The position numbers were made by a program, and so were the translations under genes. DNA of 62,008 nt, the filler included. It is 7 parts of 7 records of this genome, joined end to end, with 100 filler letters (N's around TTAATTAATTAA, not from the genome) between each part and the next. Parts side by side here need not be neighbours in the genome. Positions count along the whole stretch, not along the records: positions 55,015 to 62,008 come from SRR31156797_18503; 6 more parts are not named here. One strand, 5' to 3'. Each line of letters begins with the position of its first letter. Position 1 is the first letter of the stretch. A model generated the notes under the pieces. That model was not told the origin of the DNA. It made no database searches and saw only the letters and a list, made by a program, of their open reading frames with translations. Shown here in pieces: positions 60,851 to 62,008 of this stretch.

Positions 60851-61645
60851 ATGTACAGAAAGTTTATTGGTTTTTTCTTGATTTCAATGCTTCTGTCTTC
60901 TCTGATTTACGCCGGATCTTTAAAGCTTGAAGGTGTTTATCAAGGGAAGAATTTGTATGTAATGAATCCATTTGCATCCGGTGGAGTTGGTTTTTGCGTT
61001 ACAAAAGTGACGGTGAATGACCAAATCACAACTGATGAAATTGGTAGCAGCGCATTTGAAATAGATCTTTCTATATTCGAGTTCCAACCAGGCGACAAAA
61101 TTGTTGTTGTCATTGAACATCGCGATAATTGCACACCCAAAATTCTCAATCCGGAAGTGCTTAAAGCAAAAAGTACTTTTAAGATTAAGACCATGAAAGT
61201 GAATGCAAAAACCAATGAACTGGAATGGGTTACAACCAATGAAGCGGGATCACTTACTTATTATGTTGAGCAATTCCGTTGGAATAAGTGGATAAGGCTT
61301 GGTACCATAGAAGGAAAAGGAAAGCCAGGTGAAAATAAATATAGCTATAAAATATTAATACATTCAGGTCTAAATAAATATCGTGTTCGCCAACGCGATT
61401 TTACAGGTAAAGACAATTTATCGAGACCTACGCCATATCGCTCGCAGAAACCTCAAGTGACTTTTGAGCCCAAAAAACCTGATGATAAAATCACATTTTC
61501 TGCTGAAACATTATTTGAGATTTACGATATGTATGGCATACTAAAAAGAAATGGTTTTGGAAAGGTTGCCGATATCAAAGATCTTCCCAAAGGAGATTAC
61601 TTCCTCAACTACGATGCTCAAACAGAGATTATAAAGATTAAATAG
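60851..61645 (+). CDS. Hypothetical secreted protein (Ig/FN3-like repeats)
   Basis: Signal peptide; 264-aa beta-rich ORF. Confidence 0.75.
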   Translation: MYRKFIGFFLISMLLSSLIYAGSLKLEGVYQGKNLYVMNPFASGGVGFCVTKVTVNDQITTDEIGSSAFEIDLSIFEFQPGDKIVVVIEHRDNCTPKILNPEVLKAKSTFKIKTMKVNAKTNELEWVTTNEAGSLTYYVEQFRWNKWIRLGTIEGKGKPGENKYSYKILIHSGLNKYRVRQRDFTGKDNLSRPTPYRSQKPQVTFEPKKPDDKITFSAETLFEIYDMYGILKRNGFGKVADIKDLPKGDYFLNYDAQTEIIKIK

Positions 61646-62008
61646 ATATTTGATATTGGATCTTAGATTTCTGATTTTGGATAAACTTTATAACTAGATT
61701 TCCCCATTCATCTTAGTAAGCTTTTAGGATCACTTGATATTTCCGGTAAATTTTTAATATTTGGCATATATCTTTGCAACACTATTTTGGAAAATTTAAT
61801 ATCTATTGTATAAATAGAACCCTCTCTAATCCCAAATGGAAAATTTTGGCAACTGCGGTAATCATCTGGACGGCCTAGTATTTTAAGCGGGCACCTTCTA
61901 CTTGAAGATATCGGCCACAGGCAAATTAAAAACTGTTTAAGATGATGTCGCAAAAACTGTGATTAGAAAGATTAACTCAACTAGCATCATCGAGTTTTTT
62001 TAATTTAG

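Noticed and set aside
61708-61953. 81-aa minus-strand ORF at the window end
   Set aside because: TTG start, no recognisable family or support.

Overview
This window is not one locus. It is seven unrelated contigs joined by artificial 100-nt linkers (N44-TTAATTAATTAA-N44 at 19144, 30988, 36534, 41838, 47707 and 54915). Taxonomy is inferred from protein families and composition. Contig 1 (1-19143) is Bacteroidota. Contig 2 (19244-30987) is Desulfovibrionaceae-like: tRNA 3' end, glycine-betaine ABC transporter, cobalamin riboswitch-metE-metF, diguanylate cyclase/PilZ. Contig 3 (31088-36533) is a Methanosarcinaceae-like archaeon with a purN-glyA-folD-folP cluster. Contig 4 (36634-41837) is a GC-rich anaerobe with a sigma54 flavoprotein/GNAT locus. 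Contig 5 (41938-47706) is an AT-rich sugar-utilisation locus. Contig 6 (47807-54914) is Desulfobacterota-like with IS relics. Contig 7 (55015-62008) is Bacteroidales. The best candidate for an under-described system is an integrase-less, integron-like two-cassette array in contig 1 (2135-3690). Each cassette's left GTT-core is the reverse complement of its own right AAC-core, an attC-like hairpin separates the cassettes, and an attI-like site with a Bacteroidota promoter heads the array. Other notable signals: a degenerate 21-bp tandem array (713-922), a GNAT gene split by an in-frame TAG, a hidden 2x[4Fe-4S] ORF, a COG4337/iota-class carbonic anhydrase candidate, and an archaeal FolP with a C-terminal pteroate-reductase-like domain. 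No CRISPR array, rRNA or intact integrase/transposase was seen.
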